The position numbers were made by a program, and so were the translations under genes. This document shows positions 9,801 through 23,622 of a stretch of DNA of 64,000 nt, in pieces. Positions within the stretch are counted from its first letter, which is position 1; each line of letters begins with the position of its first letter. Location of the stretch: contig NC_058130.1 of assembly GCF_016433145.1 (NCBI RefSeq), forward strand, positions 21,740,670-21,804,669, written 5' to 3'. The stretch comes from Gracilinanus agilis (lineage: Eukaryota). Under the pieces are notes generated by a model, which was not told the DNA's origin, made no database searches, and saw nothing but the letters and a program-made list of their open reading frames with translations.

Positions 9801-11797
9801 AGACCTCTTAACCCTCACCCACCATTCCATCTCCCCTCTGAGTCTTCAAGCCTGGGACACCCTCCCTTCTCACCTCTGCCTCCTGCACTCCCCAGTTCTC
9901 ACACAAGCCCCTTGCTCTTCCCCTAGGTGTCAGTAGCCATTACTGTCCCCCCACATTACTCTGGGTTTATAATGTATTTTGTAATACTTATGGATAAAAC
10001 CAAAGTTTCTTGAGGGCTGGGGCTTTTCAAACCCAAAGCCTTTCTAGCTTAGTAGACCTTCAGCAGATTTTCAGTTCAGCTGATATGGTCTTCAGGGGAT
10101 ACCGGTCCCCCCTAGACCCCAATATGTTTCCTAAATAGATTTAAAGCACATCATGGTGGCACACAGGCTTCAGAATAACAGCTTCCCTGTTCTTGAGATC
10201 AACTTTGCAAAGATTCACTTCTAAAAGGCCTCTGAGTCTGGTGGCCCATCAGAGTGTGGAGAGGAGCCCAGGTTCCCAAAACTATGCCAATGGGGCATGA
10301 GCTTCGGCAGAACTAATCCCATGCAAAAGGCTCCAGGGACAGAGCTGGCAGCCAGGCCTTGCTAAGGAGTAGCTCAACACCAGAAGGATTTTCACTTTTC
10401 CACAACAGAACCTGTAAAACTAACCAGAGAGATTGGGCTCAGGCCTGGCATGGGGAGTACCCACACAAAAGAAATCACCTACCCTGGAGGTAGACAGAAA
10501 AGAGCAAATGTCAAAAGCCAATCATCAACCCTTCTTCAAGCCCAGGTCACTGCAGTCATTTTCTTGAGTACTTTCTGTAATGTTTGAGTCTTTTACTGAT
10601 CAGGCAACAGAAAACTCTCTTTTTCTCCACATAGGCAGACAGGAATACAAGCTGGCCTGTAGGGACAGTAGGAGTCATAAAGTAGGAGGTGGACAAGGCA
10701 CCCGCCTGAGCATGGGCAAACACAACTGCTGTGCCCTATGGATAGCTCCTACCCACTGGAGGAGGCTCATTCCCCTCCTGATACTACAGAAGTCAAGGCA
10801 AGTCTTGGCTTTCCCTCTTCTTACCAGAGGCTTGTCTGGGTCAGGGTTGGAACCCCTGAGCTCTACAGCCCATGTCTGAAGATGTGTCGGGTGTTCTAAA
10901 ATGAAATATTCATTAGGTGTCTTTCTTTACCAAGACAACCCCTGATCCTTGCCAGCAGTAGCAAACAAACAAACAAAACCCAAAGCCCCAAATACTGAGC
11001 ACGGCTCTAAAACCCTTGAGTTGTAACAGCCCAAGAATCGATGAGATGAGGGCACCATTCCAAAGAAAGGAGGCCCCTTTTTGTAGTGGACTTGGCACAA
11101 GGAGGCATGAGGACAACAGAACTGACCTGAGCATTCCCATAAAAATGGGAGGACATCCAGAGTCTAGCGCAAATTCACTCAGTGAGGACACAATTTCTTC
11201 CATGAACGTCTTTCTTCCATATTACTGGGGTCCAGAGGAGACTTCCTGAAGGCCTTATCAGCTGAACAGAAAATCTACTGGAGGTCTACTAAACTAGAAA
11301 GGCTCTGGGCACGGGCAAAGTAATGGATGCTGTTTTTACAATAGTAGGTGATAAAACTTGTCTAGTATGAATGAATAAAAGGCAGTTATTTAAGCTCTGA
11401 CTGTATGCTAAGCCCTTTGTTAACTACTGACTACTGTGGGGCCAGCAAGCAGAGGGAGAAGTTTTAATAAGACCAGTAACTTAAAGAAAGTCTGGAGACT
11501 ATTTCTTGGATGCCTAGAGAAATAATATGCTGTGCTGAGAAATATCAGTATCAGACACTTGGAAATAAAGAAGCAACACATCCTACATGACTTAAGATGC
11601 CAGATTTAAAGAGAGGCCTGCAGGAGGCTGCTGTTGGATGAATGTCACAGAGATATTCTTCCAAGGAAAAGATGACTCTGTATCCCTTGGAGCACAATGA
11701 TTTGCAAACAATAAGTCATCTCTAAATGTCTACTGAATGGAGTTAGAAGCTGTAAAAGGGAATTCTTTGTTCTCTTTGTCCATTCTGAATTTACACT

Positions 11798-12595
11798 TGT
11801 GAAAGAGAATCCTTCATTCCCTTTGTTTATTTTGAGTTAATACTTTGGTTAACCATATCTTAAGTACCCCTACCTAGTACCTCACCAGTCTGGGAAGACA
11901 GGATTAACTCTCCTTTGTCTACTTCTGAATTGAATCAACAAAAGCTTGAACTCCCTACTTAGCACTAGGTGGAGGAGCTCTCTACCTTTCACCTCAATCA
12001 GCAAGGAATCTGTGAACCCTTTTGATAAGTATTCACTTTTCCAGAAGGTGAGAAGTGGTTCCCACAAACACTGCTCCCTGGGTAATGCTGAGCAATTTGG
12101 AAGCTCTGACTGGCCCTTGTGAAGAGGGGAAGGGATAAGAACCCACTATAAAAGGCCCTGAATTTCTGGGGCTAAGGGAGTTGATTCCAAGAAGGAAGTC
12201 AGCTTCAAAAAGGAGTTGGACTTCAAGAGGGAAGTCAGCTTCAAGAAGAAGGTTGGCTCAAGGAAGAAAGTCAGCCTCAGGAATCACCTTCAGCTCGAGT
12301 CATCATCTTGACCTGCCGCTTGGAGGAACTTGGGTAAATGGATAGCTTGCTGGCTTTCCCTTCCTATCTTCTGGAGAGACTTAAATTCCGGTTGAAGGTC
12401 AACAAGTCCAGGCTGAGTAGAGCATTTAAGCAATATTTAGTTAGATAAGCTAATGTCTTCTTTACCCTTTTGTATTTCTCTGCTTTCATTCTTTCTACCT
12501 CTTTTGTAAATCAAAGCTATTAAAGTCATTTTGACTTTGAAGCGGCAACTACCATATTATTTATAAATTTCATGTATTTTAATCAAAGCATTACA
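11798..12595 (+). mobile_element. ERV-type LTR with a doubled 5' end
   Basis: TATAAAAG at ~12147, ~18-bp internal repeats at 12190-12285, ATTAAA at ~12518, and ends in ...ttaca. Homologous at both ends to the LTR at 26548-27290. No TSD found. Confidence 0.75.
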
Positions 12596-12724
12596 ATTTA
12601 ATTCTTATTAAGCCCCATCATAGAAATAAAAATGATTCCAAGGAGCTGGGCCATGTACCGGTGGAAGAACTGCCTAGACCAATGGAATCACAGAGCCCCT
12701 GAAATATTGGGAGTATTGTTTTGC

Positions 12725-12912
12725 TTTTTTAGCCTCTTAACTCCTGTCTTAGAATCAATCCTAAGTATCAGTTCTAAGGCAGAAGAGCATTGGAGTTAAG
12801 TGAATTGCTCAAAGTCATACAACTAGAAAGTGTCTGAGTCCATATTTGATCCCAGGTCCTCCTGATTTCAGGCTAGAGTCCTCTATCCAACACTGAGCCA
12901 CCAAACTGTCCC
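12725..12912 (-). mobile_element. Older SINE1-type SINE
   Basis: Degenerate SINE1 body (gtcttagaatcaatcctaagtatcagttctaaggcagaagag...gatcccaggtcctcctg) with a degenerate flanking repeat tg(a/g)aatattg. Confidence 0.7.
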
Positions 12913-13242
12913 TGGAATATTGTTTTTTTAAAAAGGAAAATAACTAAGTAAGGAGATCTAGCAAGTCCATCTCAAGAGGAGACTGAACTGGAGGATGTTT
13001 GCGAGTGGTTTTCCAAATGGAAGAGATACTGTTAACAAGTTGATAAAATCAGCGAGGGTCTCATTGGGTCCACTTGTTGAGGGAGTGAAGGCTGAGGTTG
13101 TTCCATAGAATTATGGGCCTGGGGTTTGAGGACTTGGGGATCACTCAGTGGAGCACAGGGCTGAGTCAACAAAGCAAAGACCAAAATGAGGCAGAGTTTA
13201 TGGGACTGAGTCAGTCAGTGAGCATTTATTAAGCCCCAGGCC

Positions 13243-15790
13243 TTCTCTGATAAAGGCTTCATTTCTTAAATGTATAGAGAATTGAGTCAAATTTATTAGA
13301 AAATTAAGTATTCTCTAATTGACAAATGGTCAAAGGATATGAACAGGCAGTTTTCAGATGACAAAATCAAAGCTGTTGATAGTCATATGAAAAAGTATAC
13401 TAAATAACTCTTTATTACAGAAATACATATTAAAACAACAGCTATCAGATAGGTCAATATTACAGTAAAGGAAAGTGATAAGCATTGGAGGAGATGTGGA
13501 AAAACTGAGAAACTAATGCATTGTTGGTGGAGTTGTAAACTGATCTAACCATTCTGAAGGGCAATTTGGAACTATGTCTAAAGAATTATAAAACTGTCCA
13601 TATCCTTTGCTTCAGTCATACCACCACTTGGTCTATATCCCAAAGAGAGTAAAAATCAAGAGGAAAGGACCTATTTGTACAAAAATATTTATAGTAGTTC
13701 TTTTTTTTGTGGTGGGAAAGAATTGGAAATTGAGGAGATGTCCTTCAATTGAGGAACGGTTGAACAAATTGTGGCATATGATGGCAATGGAATACTATTG
13801 TGATATAAGAAATGGTCCACAGGATGATTTCAGAAAGAGCTGGAAAGACCTATATGAACTGATGCAGAGTAAAGTAATTAGAACCTAGAGAACATTGTAT
13901 ATAACAATAGCAACATAGTTTGATGATCAATAAAGTTAAACTATTTATATTCCTTTATGGGAAGATGATACATGTAACTCCTAAGAACTTTATCATTAGT
14001 TGGGCAGTTAGGTATCCACATAGATGAAGGACATGAGTGTGAGTCGATAATTTTGGGAGGATCTCTCTCTCTCTCTAAAAAGAAATGAAAGGTGTGAGAA
14101 AAAGGGATGTGCAAGGAGAAGGAGAAATGGAGAAGCAGAATAGGGGAAAACTGGCATGCAAAGAAGAACCTTCAGAGTGGAGGACAATATGGGGTGGGGA
14201 AGGTAGCAGGTTATGTTTGAACCTCACTTTCATCAGAACCAATTCAAAGGAAGAACATACACACACATACACACACACACACTCAGCTGGATATGGAATT
14301 CTATCTTACACAGTAGGGAAATAGCAGGGAGAGTTGATAAGAGATGAGGGGGGTGGTGGAGGATAAAAGGGAAAGTGAATTAAAGGAGGCAGCAGGTAGA
14401 AGCAAAACAGACTTTTGAGGAGGGACAGGATAAAAACAGAGAGAGAGAAGGATAAAAAGAAGAAAAGAGGATGAAGGGAAATGCAAAGTAATCATAACTG
14501 AATGTAAATGGAATGAGTTCACCCATAAAACAGAGGCTGATGGCAGAATGGATTAGAAACCAGAATCCAACATTATGTTGTTTATGAAGACAAGTTTGAA
14601 ACAGAAAAACACACATAAAGGGCTAAAGTAGAATTTATTATGCTTCAGCTTATGTAGAAAAAGCAGGGTCCCAGGTAAAGAAAAAGTAAAAAGAGATCTA
14701 ATGAAAAGAGATAAGCAGGGAAAGTACATTTTTGCTAAAAGGTACCACTGACAAGGAGGCTAAAAAAAAAAAATTAAAGGAAAATTTCTCAATTAAAGGC
14801 CTCATTTCTCAAATATATAGGAATTGAGTCAAATTTATAAAAGTAAGAGCCATTCCCAATTGATAAGTGGCCAAAAGATATGGATAGGCAGTTTTCAAAA
14901 GAAGAAATCAAATTTCTCTATAAGTTTATGAAAAATTTTCTAAAAATCAGTATTGATTAAAGAAATGCAAATTAAAACAACTCTGAGGTACTACCTCACA
15001 ACTATCAGAGATAACAAATGTTAGAGGGGATGAGAAAAAATAGGTATACTAGTAAACTGTTGGTGGAATTGTGAACTGGTCTAAACATTCTGCAGAACAA
15101 TTTGGAAGTATGCCCAAAGAATATAAAACTGTATACATTTTATCTTACCAATGCCATTACTAAGTCTGTACCCTAAAGAGATCAAAGAAAAAGGAAAAGG
15201 ACCTGTATGTATGCAAATATTTATAGAGTACTGGTAAATAAGTGGAAATTGAGGGGATTGCTTATTAATTGGGGAATGTCTAAATAAGCTGTGGCATATG
15301 ACTGTGATGGAGTACTACTGCGCTATAAAAAATGATGAGGGGAGTGGTTTTAGAAAAACAAAATGAAACATGGCAAGACTGAATATGAACTGATGCAAAG
15401 TAAAATAAGAGGAACCAGTGGGTCATTGTGCACAACAAAAGCAATGTGGCCAAGATGATCAACTATGAATGATTTAGCTACTCTGATTAATACAATGATG
15501 CCAGAAAGGAGTCATGAAAAAAATGCTATGTACCTTCAGAGAAGACTGGTGAACTCTGAGTGCAAATGGAAGCACAATTTCTGCCCGCTATTTTTCTTGC
15601 TTTCTTGGTGATATGGCTAATATGAAAATACGTTTTACATGATTTCATTTATAACTGCTCTCATTTTGTAAGCCTCCTGGGTGAGAGGAAGGATGAGAGA
15701 GAGTTTGGAACTCAAAGTTTCAAAAGAAAAGAATTTTAAAAATAAACAATATTAAAACAAAAACAAATCAACAAAACAAAAAACTTTTCC
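13243..15790 (+). mobile_element. Cluster of marsupial L1 fragments: ORF2 3' end; inter-ORF and endonuclease start; second ORF2 3' end with 3'UTR
   Basis: L1 ORF2 C-terminal motifs occur twice (ttgttggtggagttgtaaactg, gatggaatactattg). cagaatggattagaaaccagaatccaacattatgttg is the L1 endonuclease start. All frames are disrupted. Confidence 0.85.
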
Positions 15791-15926
15791 TTTTCCTCAC
15801 CTTCTAGGATGGGTTAAAGTTTTGGGAGTGGTGACGTAGGTGTAGTGGTGTAGGCTCATCTTTTTGTTATTAGAAGGATATATACAATTAGCACCCCCAT
15901 TCCTCCTAATTCTCAACTCTGGAGTT

Positions 15927-16580
15927 NNNNNNNNNNNNNNNNNNNNNNNNNNNNNNNNNNNNNNNNNNNNNNNNNNNNNNNNNNNNNNNNNNNNNNNNNN
16001 NNNNNNNNNNNNNNNNNNNNNNNNNNNNNNNNNNNNNNNNNNNNNNNNNNNNNNNNNNNNNNNNNNNNNNNNNNNNNNNNNNNNNNNNCACAAAGAGAGA
16101 CACAAAGCGAGAGAGACAGAGAGAGAGAGANNNNNNNNNNNNNNNNNNNNNNNNNNNNNNNNNNNNNNNNNNNNNNNNNNNNNNNNNNNNNNNNNNNNNN
16201 NNNNNNNNNNNNNNNNNNNNNNNNNNNNNNNNNNNNNNNNNNNNNNNNNNNNNNNNNNNNNNNNNNNNNNNNNNNNNNNNNNNNNNNNNNNNNNNNNNNN
16301 NNNNNNNNNNNNNNNNNNNNNNNNNNNNNNNNNNNNNNNNNNNNNNNNNNNNNNNNNNNNNNNNNNNNNNNNNNNNNNNNNNNNNNNNNNNNNNNNNNNN
16401 NNNNNNNNNNNNNNNNNNNNNNNNNNNNNNNNNNNNNNNNNNNNNNNNNNNNNNNNNNNNNNNNNNNNNNNNNNNNNNNNNNNNNNNNNNNNNNNNNNNN
16501 NNNNNNNNNNNNNNNNNNNNNNNNNNNNNNNNNNNNNNNNNNNNNNNNNNNNNNNNNNNNNNNNNNNNNNNNNNNNNNNN
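15927..16580. other. Assembly gaps: 15927-16088 and 16131-16580; others at 32524-32768, 36896-37084 and 43852-44072
   Basis: Runs of N. Confidence 0.99.
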
Positions 16581-18068
16581 GTCATCTCATAAACAAAGTC
16601 CAAAATGTGGCCTCAGGTCCATGAACAGTTCAGACTCTGTTATCATGGTAGCTCTTGGATTGATCACATATGAAGATGCAAAGCAGAAGGTTACAGACCC
16701 TCTCCATGAGCCCATGTAAAAATCCAAGAGGAGGGCTGTATCAGAAAGCCTCTCAAGTAGAGGAGTTAGAAATCCAGGGTTCCCATTAGCCAGCCCATTT
16801 CAGGATGTCTCATTGGGATGCAAGCCTTTAATTTTCCCCGGAGCAACAGCTCTGTTTATGTTCCACGTAACTGAGTTGCTGCTGTCACTGTTGGCCTTTG
16901 TAATAGTGACTTCAAGATGCCTTTTCAGGCACTTATCAGAAATATATCTCTTGTGTGCCTTTGCTCAAGGATCACCGTCTCATTTTCTTTGCCTTATTTA
17001 GGACATTTAACATAACATATTACTAGCTTCCTCACAGCAAGGTCCCTTCTTGACAGCAAGGTCCTATTTTTCTGTCATAAGTAATTATAAATGTACACCT
17101 CTGAAAAGATGCCCAATTTGAGGGGCATAATCTATTTCAGATAGTAAATCACAGAAACAGCTCCATCCCTCGGGCAGCCAAAATATACAAGTCAGATTTA
17201 TGAGCTCTCACTTTGAATTCTCCAGACCTGAAGACAAATGTGGCTACATCATCGCTCTTTCCCTTGGGCAATCAGCAGAAAACTGGCACCTCTGTTGGTT
17301 TCAGCTGTGTTTTTTGTCTTCCTAACTTTTGGTCTTGAGCTCTCTTGTTCCAGACTTGATGCAGAGAATATTCTTAGATAGCCGTGTTATTAAGGCTGTG
17401 GATGTGAGGCGCAGTTTGGGAGTGTTTATTTCCCTTTCCCACCATTCAAATTTCTCAATTTTCAGCAAAAATTATTTTGTTGATGTTTTATCTCTGGGGG
17501 CCTAGTGGTAATGCTTCTATCCCCGAGCCAGAAACAAATGGTTCACCTGAGCAGATGCCACTGACAAAGGGCCCTCTGTCTCAGGTTTTGTCTCTTTGTT
17601 CTTTTCAAATTTCCACTGGGGACCATCAGAACTGCATTAAGGTTCTCTCCCAATAAAATGTGTTGACTTTGTGATGCTCAGGAAAGGATATTAAAACATT
17701 AAGATTCCCTTCCTAGAAACAATCATTAGAAAGTTGGGGCCACTTATTTGATTTATTTCAGCTACAATATATCCTATTCTAGGAGTACAATAAATATTAA
17801 CTGACAGTAATGACGAAGAAATCAAGACAATATTCCCCAGGTGAGAAATGGTGGGCCCACAGCATGGCCCAATGTGACTGGCATTTACCAAATGAAAAAT
17901 GATAGGATTTCCTCATCTATAGATTGGGGAAATGGGGGGAGGTAGGTAGACCAGATGGTCCCATGAACCCCCTCCAGCTCTGGATTTAGGATCCTCTGAC
18001 TTAACTTTTGAATGTTTATAAATTAATTTGCTTTCATTTTCAACAAATGTTACCATTTAAATTCTCAC

Positions 18069-18160
18069 CTTGAACACTCAAACTTCCTGAGGAATCCAGG
18101 TGCTCTGTAGGCTGCTGGCTAGGGGGCACAATAGGTGGGCTGAACACATTTAACCAATCC
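18069..18160 (-). CDS. CFAP20DC: CFAP20DC penultimate coding exon, (R)[30 protein letters not shown](G)
   Basis: Found by manual translation. Acceptor tttcttctttttcag|G, donor CAAG|gtgaga, length 92 nt (1+90+1). Phases join both neighbouring exons. Resembles remembered human [32 protein letters not shown]. Not in the ORF track. Confidence 0.95.
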
Positions 18161-18829
18161 CTGAAAAAAGAAGAAATCAGACAATTTTTGAACTTCAGAA
18201 AAATGCATCAACAAAAAATTAAAAATGTTCAATTATATATGAAAATATTAAGTAAACTACTCTTGATTTAATGATGAATAATAATGATGATGACACATTT
18301 TTAGGGCATTTAAGATTTTAAAAGTGTTTTCCTAGTAACAAACTTGGTAGCTCAGTAGGTCAAGGATTATTATCCCCATTTTATGACAATGAAGTTGAAG
18401 ATCAGAGAAGTTAAAACTACTGTCTCCTGATTCCTAGTCCAGGGCTCTATTAGTACAGAAAACTCAATGGATGTGGAGTGGGAAGACCTCACTTCAGATC
18501 CTGTTTCTGCCACTTAATGCCTGGATGACTGTACATCAATCACATCACCTTTCTGGGCCTTGGTTTTCTACATAGCTTTGAAGGTCATTTCCAACTTTAA
18601 ACCTATAATTTTAGGATGTTGTGATCTTAAGTCTGGCTATTCTTGAATGGTCTGTTACCCATTGGGTTCTGTCAACTCTAAACCCTCAGCCATAGAAGCT
18701 CAACTCATATTACCTCTCTACTGGCCTCTATACTGTTATTTAGGACCCTAATCAAAATATTAAGCAGCACAGGGCCAAACAGAGATTCTTGGGACCCTCT
18801 GTTTAGAGATCTCTTTCTAAGTCAACCCA

Positions 18830-19440
18830 TTAGTGGCTACTCCTTTATTTTTTTTTAACTTAAATTTTTTTTCAGTTACCTGTAGGAATAATTTTTGAGT
18901 AACCTTTTTATATTTTAAAAAATATAACATAATACAAAATATGTAACAAACTATAATAAATATGATTATCCAAGAGAAAAAAATGATCACATTAGCTATT
19001 TTCCAAAATTTTTTGACAATTTTTTCTGGCATTTTAAGATTCAGATTCTTTCCCTCTCCAAGGCAGTAAACAGTTTGTTATCGATGCCAGTGCTTTCATG
19101 CAATACATATTTCCATATTCCCCATGCTCTGACAGAAGACATATATCACACATACAATAAAAAATTCACAAAGGACATAAAGTGAAAGATGGTGTGCTTT
19201 GTGCTATCAGATTCCAACAGTTCCTTTTTTTGGCTGTGGTTAGCATTTTTTGGTTTGTTTGTTTAATCATGAGTCCCTCGGAGTTATCTGGAAAACTTGC
19301 TAAGCTTAGTAAACTTGGTTTGCCCCTTTACAGTTGATCATTGTGTATTATTTCTGTTACTGTATACAGTGTTCTCCTAGTTCTGCTTACTTCACTTTGC
19401 ATCAGTTTATGTAAATCTTTCTAGGTTTTTCCGATTGCTA
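18830..19440 (-). mobile_element. L1 3'UTR fragment
   Basis: Typical antisense L1 3'UTR (ttacagttgatcattgtgtattatttctgttactgtatacagtgttctcctagttctgcttacttcactttgcatcag). Confidence 0.7.
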
Positions 19441-21000
19441 CTACTTGATATGGATAATCAGAGGATAAACAAAATTATCTTTCTATAGACTAAGAGATCA
19501 TATATGCTTTTAACACATTCGTGAGAGATATCTTGTTGGAAGAGAACCATCAATGATGGATTTTGCTTTGCTAAGTCAAATTATCTATGATTTTACTCTG
19601 TCCAGGCAAAAGATGAAATGATAATTGATAAAAATAATTAATAATAAAAATAATTAATAATAAAAACAAAATTTCTACATTAGAGAAAAAATATAGACTT
19701 CTCTATGACCTTCAGATTAGGAAGTTTTGATAAGATGGTAATTTTTTTTTTTTTTTTACTTATTAAAGAGCAGTACTGGTATTAAGTTCCTCCATGGGAG
19801 TTTTGTTTTACAGATTGTCACATGCAAAGATTTCATCACCTAGCGGTCTCTAGTGATAACCAACTTTGTACTTAAGTAGGTTGGTCCTTGGAGAGCAGAT
19901 ACTGTCACCGGCAGAGTTAAAGCCTCTCTACTCTTATTCTTTATCATTGCTTGTATCTTATAGGCCAGGGCCACCTACATGCAAAGAGGAGCCACACAAG
20001 TATGAAGTCTGTGGAGGACAAGAGACAGACCAGAAATGGAAGAGATGTTCCATCTTGGATCCATTTTCATCATTGATGACAACCCCCATGCAGACTCAGG
20101 ATTTGATATGCTCTTACTATAAGTAGAAAATTAAATTCAAGAAAAGGATGGTGGGAATAATATCAGGACCATAACAAGGACACATGGAAGAAATCATGCC
20201 AAAGGGAACATGGTTCTTAAGCTACAGGAAGAAGAGAAAGACATTAAATGACTGAAGAAATTATATGTGGTACTTAAAAAGCAATCTGGAAGATATTGGC
20301 AACTCCTTCTTCACATACTTACATTCTTATTTGGGTAAAACCTTTATGAGGATGACCTAAATGCTTCTTTTCAAAGGTACGATGATGAAAATATAATAGG
20401 AGAACAGACATAGTGGAGCCCATCTTCACAGTCCCGTGGGTTGTCCTTTATGAAGGACAGAGAGAAAGACAAGAACTATAGGGGGAGTGCCTTTATTTAG
20501 GGGATCTCTAACTTATAACTAGCTGAGTTATCAGAATAGTGGTTGAAGTATTCAAGAGTCCAAATTCTTCATTCAGGCACTTTGGTCATCATTTTGAAAA
20601 TATACACAATGATCATGTAGCCTGAGAACATTTTCTCTTGAGCCCATCCTGGCAAGAATACCCTTGGGGTGTTCAGAGATGGAAGGTGGGGGCAAGGGAG
20701 AACTTGGCTCCAGCCATGGCAGAAGAGCTCTCCTCCCTCCATCTCTTTTCTTCCCTCCTAATTTTTGTTCTCATCTCTACCACTGATCCAAAGCAGAGAC
20801 ATGGCTTCAAATTCCTACTTTGTCACTTGGTTATTTTAAGAAGGTCACTTTGTCTGGGCCTCACTTTCTTAAAAACGATGAGATAGGACTAGATGACTTC
20901 CCATGATCCCTCCAACTCTAAATTGAGGAGCCAACAACTGTTTTGGTTCATCCTCTGTATCCTCGGCACTAGGCACAGTGTCTGGCATATGGCAGGTTCT

Positions 21001-21203
21001 TTTTTTTTTAAACCCTTACCTTCTGTCTTAGAAGCAATGCTGTGTATTGGTTCCAAGGCAAAAGAGTAGTAAGGGCTAGGCAATGGGGGTTAAGTGACTT
21101 GTCCAGGGTCACCCAAATAGGAAGTTTCTGAGGTCAGATTTGAACCCAGGACCTCCCATCTCTGGGCCTGGCTCTTAATCCATGGAGCCACTTAGCTGTC
21201 CCC
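21001..21203 (-). mobile_element. SINE1_Mdo-type SINE inserted in an L2 tail
   Basis: Full SINE body with TSD atatggcaggttct(t) at 20987-21001 and 21206-21220. Confidence 0.88.
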
Positions 21204-22309
21204 ATATATGGCAGGTTCTTAAGAAATGATTATTGAATTGAAAGCACAGAGATGAAGGAAACAGAATAGTTAATGAGCAACGATTACAGATCTTTTGTCT
21301 GTCTCTATCAATGGCGGTGGGAGAGCATTTAGGTTGTTCTCATGTCATATTTGTGAGGAGAAAGACTGAGTTGGCAGAAAACAAAAAAGAATTCGGTTGG
21401 ATCTCCACATGTATATTTTCACACAGATGACCCACTCAGTTCCTGAAACTCATAATCATAGAGGTTCGAGGGTCCTTTGGTGGCAGCCCGGCTTTCCTCC
21501 TTCCCTTCTACCCACTCTTCCTGTACCCCATTCCTCTCAGGGGCAGGCTTTGAGTCGGGCACATTAAATTAGAGATGGTGGTGTGGTCCCAAGCCTTGGC
21601 TTTCCCTCAATTACCGTCCCTCCCTCTGCCCATGGAGAACGGCCCAAATGGGAAAAGGACCGCCTTCTGCTGTGTCCTATTTCGGGAGCTTCTCTCCCTG
21701 CTAAGCCCAGCCCACACCAGATTACGGACAGTAAGATGAGTGTGTGAGCATGCGGCCTAATTGGATTCCATAATAACACATTAAGGAAATCAGGATGGAT
21801 GGTTCCTGGACTCTCATGCTAATAGGGCATTTTCTGATAAGCACCTTTTATTTAGTCCATTTAATTATAGCATACTAAGAAATTTCTACTTTACAGAAAA
21901 TTTACCAAGGTTACATAGAAATGGCTAAGAGAGTGACCTCATTAGTCACTAAAAATGACGGAGGGCAAGGATTCACAGGGAAAAAAAGGAGAAAGTTCTG
22001 TAACCCTACAAAGGAATCCCCAATGACAAATCGCAAAGCCCGGCCATCGGTGACATTTGCTACATGAACAGATGCATGAATCCAACAGAAAATTCAAACC
22101 CTTCCCTACAGGTGGTTATGAATTATTAATGGGAAAGAAAAGGAAGGTCACAGAGAAAGTCTTTGCTTCTTAATCTGACAACTCTTCTACTGTCTTCCCC
22201 TTTATTCAAAGCCCAAACTCTGGAAACTAAGAGCTCCTTTAAGTTAAATAAGTTACGATTTTAAAGAATCTTGACATTTATACAGCTAGGCAGGCAGAGA
22301 GAGAGGCAG

Positions 22310-22650
22310 ATTGCTTAGTGGGTGGAGAGCCGGGCCAGGACAACCAGGGCTGAAAGCCAAACTCTGACTCACGTGGGCCAAATGACCCTGGACAAGTCAC
22401 TTAACCTATAGGGGGCCTGGTAGATAGAGCACCAGGATGGGAGTCAGGAAGATCTGAATTCTACTTTGACTTCAGACACTAACAAGCGGTGTGATACTGA
22501 GCAAGTCATTTAACCCAACAGCCTCAGTTTCCTCAACTGTAAAATGGAGAGAATGATAGCATCTACCCCCCAAAGTTGTGCGGATTAAATGGGATCTCTG
22601 TAAAGTGCCTAGCACTGTGCACGGCACACAGGAGGCGTGTTTTACAGGCA
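22310..22650 (+). mobile_element. MIR-family SINE remnants
   Basis: gagtcaggaagatctgaattc...gcaagtcatttaacc...gcctcagtttcctcaactgtaaaatgg. Confidence 0.7.
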
Positions 22651-23255
22651 TTGACTTTTAGGACTGTTCATGGTTGGACACTTAATTTGGCCGGTGATGA
22701 CGCTGTAACTCTGGCCGGAGGACTGAATGTGAGCCGTGACACGGAACCACACCTATATTCCAGGAATAGTTTGGATCAGGATGTCATGTGAAAAGATCCC
22801 ATTAATTAATTAACTAGTAGTTTCTTCTTCCCCTACAATAAACACCGATACCGGGCCGAACCTGCTCACTGGTTCTGGGAAAGCAGCCGCTGGCCGGGCC
22901 GGCGCCTCTGGGAGCGGCGAGCGGCACACAAAGACCTCTAAAGGGCCCGTCTGCCACCGCCGAGTCCTGCCGCTGCATCACGGCCAGGTTGGGTGAGACG
23001 AAGAACCGCTTTTAAGGGTGATTTCTTAAGGGCTTTTGAACGTGAGAATATTTATTTATCCTACAAAATCGTTTGTAATCATCCGAAATGAGGCATCCAA
23101 GAACCGGGATCTGCTGGACAGGGCAGAAGCTCTCGATCCGTCTTCTCCTGAGGCCTGGTCGGGGCTCAGAGGGAAGGGGAGGAAGCTACCAAGAGGGGGA
23201 CGGCGGGGTCTCCCTGGCACGGAACGCTCCAGTTTGGAATGTGCACCATTTGGGG

Positions 23256-23554
23256 TGTTACAATTAAAAATGATAAAGACTGATATAATAATATAAATTA
23301 GTAGTTTAATTAAAGCCATGGCCATGCTGGTAAAATCATTAGACCACGTGCCAGTAAGAATTCAAAACTGCTGCCCTAGCCATTATTGTTACCTCTCGTC
23401 TCTCCCCGAGCCTGCTAGCCAAGAGGGCTTACTTTCGATTCTCCTCCCATTTAAACTGTCCTCTGCATGGTAACGCAGGCATTCCCACGCCCAAAGAACC
23501 GGAACCCCGTTGGACCACAGGAAATGTAGTTTGATAGTTCCCATATGTCCATAG

Positions 23555-23586
<32 letters not shown>

Positions 23587-23622
23587 CTTTTTAAATGGCA
23601 TTTCCCAAATTCCAATTTTACA
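23256..23622 (-). mobile_element. ERV 3' LTR (~367 bp) containing a (TA)n tract
   Basis: Minus strand reads TGTAAAATTGG...AATTGTAACA and is immediately preceded by the polypurine tract ccagggggaat. (TA)n lies at 23558-23586. Confidence 0.72.

Noticed and set aside
12190-12285. Array of ~18-bp repeats (aaggaagtcagcttcaa) that looks superficially CRISPR-like
   Set aside because: It has no unique spacers, lies inside an LTR, and the genome is mammalian; such repeats are common in LTRs.
13607-13888. 93-aa ORF, and similar ORFs at 28197-28436
   Set aside because: These are L1 ORF2 C-terminal remnants, not host genes.
15797-16603. Long ORFs made mostly of X (also at 32488, 36871 and 43802-44226)
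   Set aside because: They are artefacts of translating N-gaps.
18118-18130. CTCF-like ctagggggcac, and a similar match at ~34877
   Set aside because: Only a partial core, and the first is explained by the Pro-Pro-Ser codons of the exon.
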